64,000 nucleotides of DNA, taken from Podarcis melisellensis. Taxonomy: Eukaryota. The DNA lies in the NCBI GenBank assembly GCA_964234715.1, contig OZ174280.1; one strand, written 5' to 3'. Positions 62,926 through 64,000 of this stretch are shown one piece after another (position 1 is the first letter of the stretch; each line of letters opens with the position of its first letter). The translations under genes were made by a program, and so were the position numbers. The notes under the pieces were generated by a model. That model was not told where the DNA came from. It did not search any database and was given only the letters and a program-made list of their open reading frames with translations.

Positions 62926-64000
62926 CTTTTGACTGGTATTTGTACAAAAATACAGTAGAGTCATGTGAGAACAGCCCTTGAGAGGATCAAGAAAGACAAA
63001 AATAGTGAATTTCAGATCTTAATATTGCCTAAGTACTAATTGGTTTCAAAATGTGATGGTAAAACGTGGCAGAAGTGTTAGCAACTGATATGACTTTCAC
63101 AAAGGGGGAGAATATCCAGCCCTCCCATGAAACAACACAAGGGAGTGTTGGATCGTATGCTAACTTTAGATCAGACTATCTTGGGATATACTTTGGTTTT
63201 CACCCTTTCAAACTTTTCCAAGACAAATCAGTACAGTTGCCAACTTCATCTTGGGATTCAAGAGATGGAAGTTCTGCATCCTAAATCTGTGTTTTGCAGC
63301 TTTGTAATGCTTCCCACATGATGGCTTAGAAAACAGATACCTTCATCTTCAATCAGTGCTGCTGGGAAAAGCCAAGAAGCATTGAATCTTGTGCCAGAAT
63401 GTGTACATTTTCAAGGAAGAAAAATAACCACAGTCTGATCTGATGTTTGAGAAACAGTGATGGCTAGTTTCCATGCAAAGTCACTCATCCTAACCTATGC
63501 CATTTGCAAAGAGGCAAGTAGTTGCATTAATTATGAATAAACATGGATATACCTGCACCTGTAATGCAGCTATATTGAGGGCAGTTCACAACTGCTTTGT
63601 TAAAATTTTATAATCTGCTTTTTCACTAACACTCTCAAGACTTTTTACACAGTCCGGCTAGAACAAGTTGGATTATAAAATAAAATAAAACTATAAAACA
63701 AGCCACCATACATATCAGAATTTGATATAAGGAGCTAAGGGGTTTTGTAGGGCTGATATTGTTCTGATATAACAAAGGGGGCAGAGGGATCATGCCCTCT
63801 TTCAAAAATAGTGTGTTTTTAAATTTAACTCCGGTGGGAGTTAAAGGCACTTTTATGCCCCTTTCTTGGTATAGCATATTTGGCAGCTGCAGATTATCAT
63901 AATGAATGCTATAGATATCCTATTTTGTTCATAGATGGCCGATTGGCTACCTCAGAATAATCATGCCATTATAATCATCCTTTCTCTTTTTCCTTCTCTC

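Noticed and set aside
49343-64000. Next NAV1 coding exon (DPESQRKRTV...)
   Set aside because: Not found by eye in the window. It presumably lies further downstream.

Overview
This is vertebrate genomic DNA, not prokaryotic. The Sauria/Squam-type SINEs point to a squamate, most likely a lacertid lizard. The window holds the 5' part of neuron navigator 1 (NAV1) on the + strand. The canonical first coding exon (ATG 48526, donor after 49342) lies in a CpG island. Two upstream exons (23353-24217 and 25643-25749) splice in frame into an acceptor at 48482 and predict a long isoform with a 329-aa N-terminal extension. Two further small exon candidates (23 nt and 37 nt) in the 22.7-kb intron each break the frame alone but restore it together. 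The rest is intronic or upstream sequence with Sauria SINEs, tRNA-derived SINEs, CORE-SINEs, CR1/L2 fragments, hAT- and Tc1/mariner-type MITEs (several with TSDs, some nested), microsatellites and a few enhancer- or promoter-like motif clusters. No CRISPR array, rRNA, bona fide tRNA or intact transposase was seen. Homology statements come from my recall of the human NAV1/2/3 proteins and repeat consensus sequences, not from a database search.
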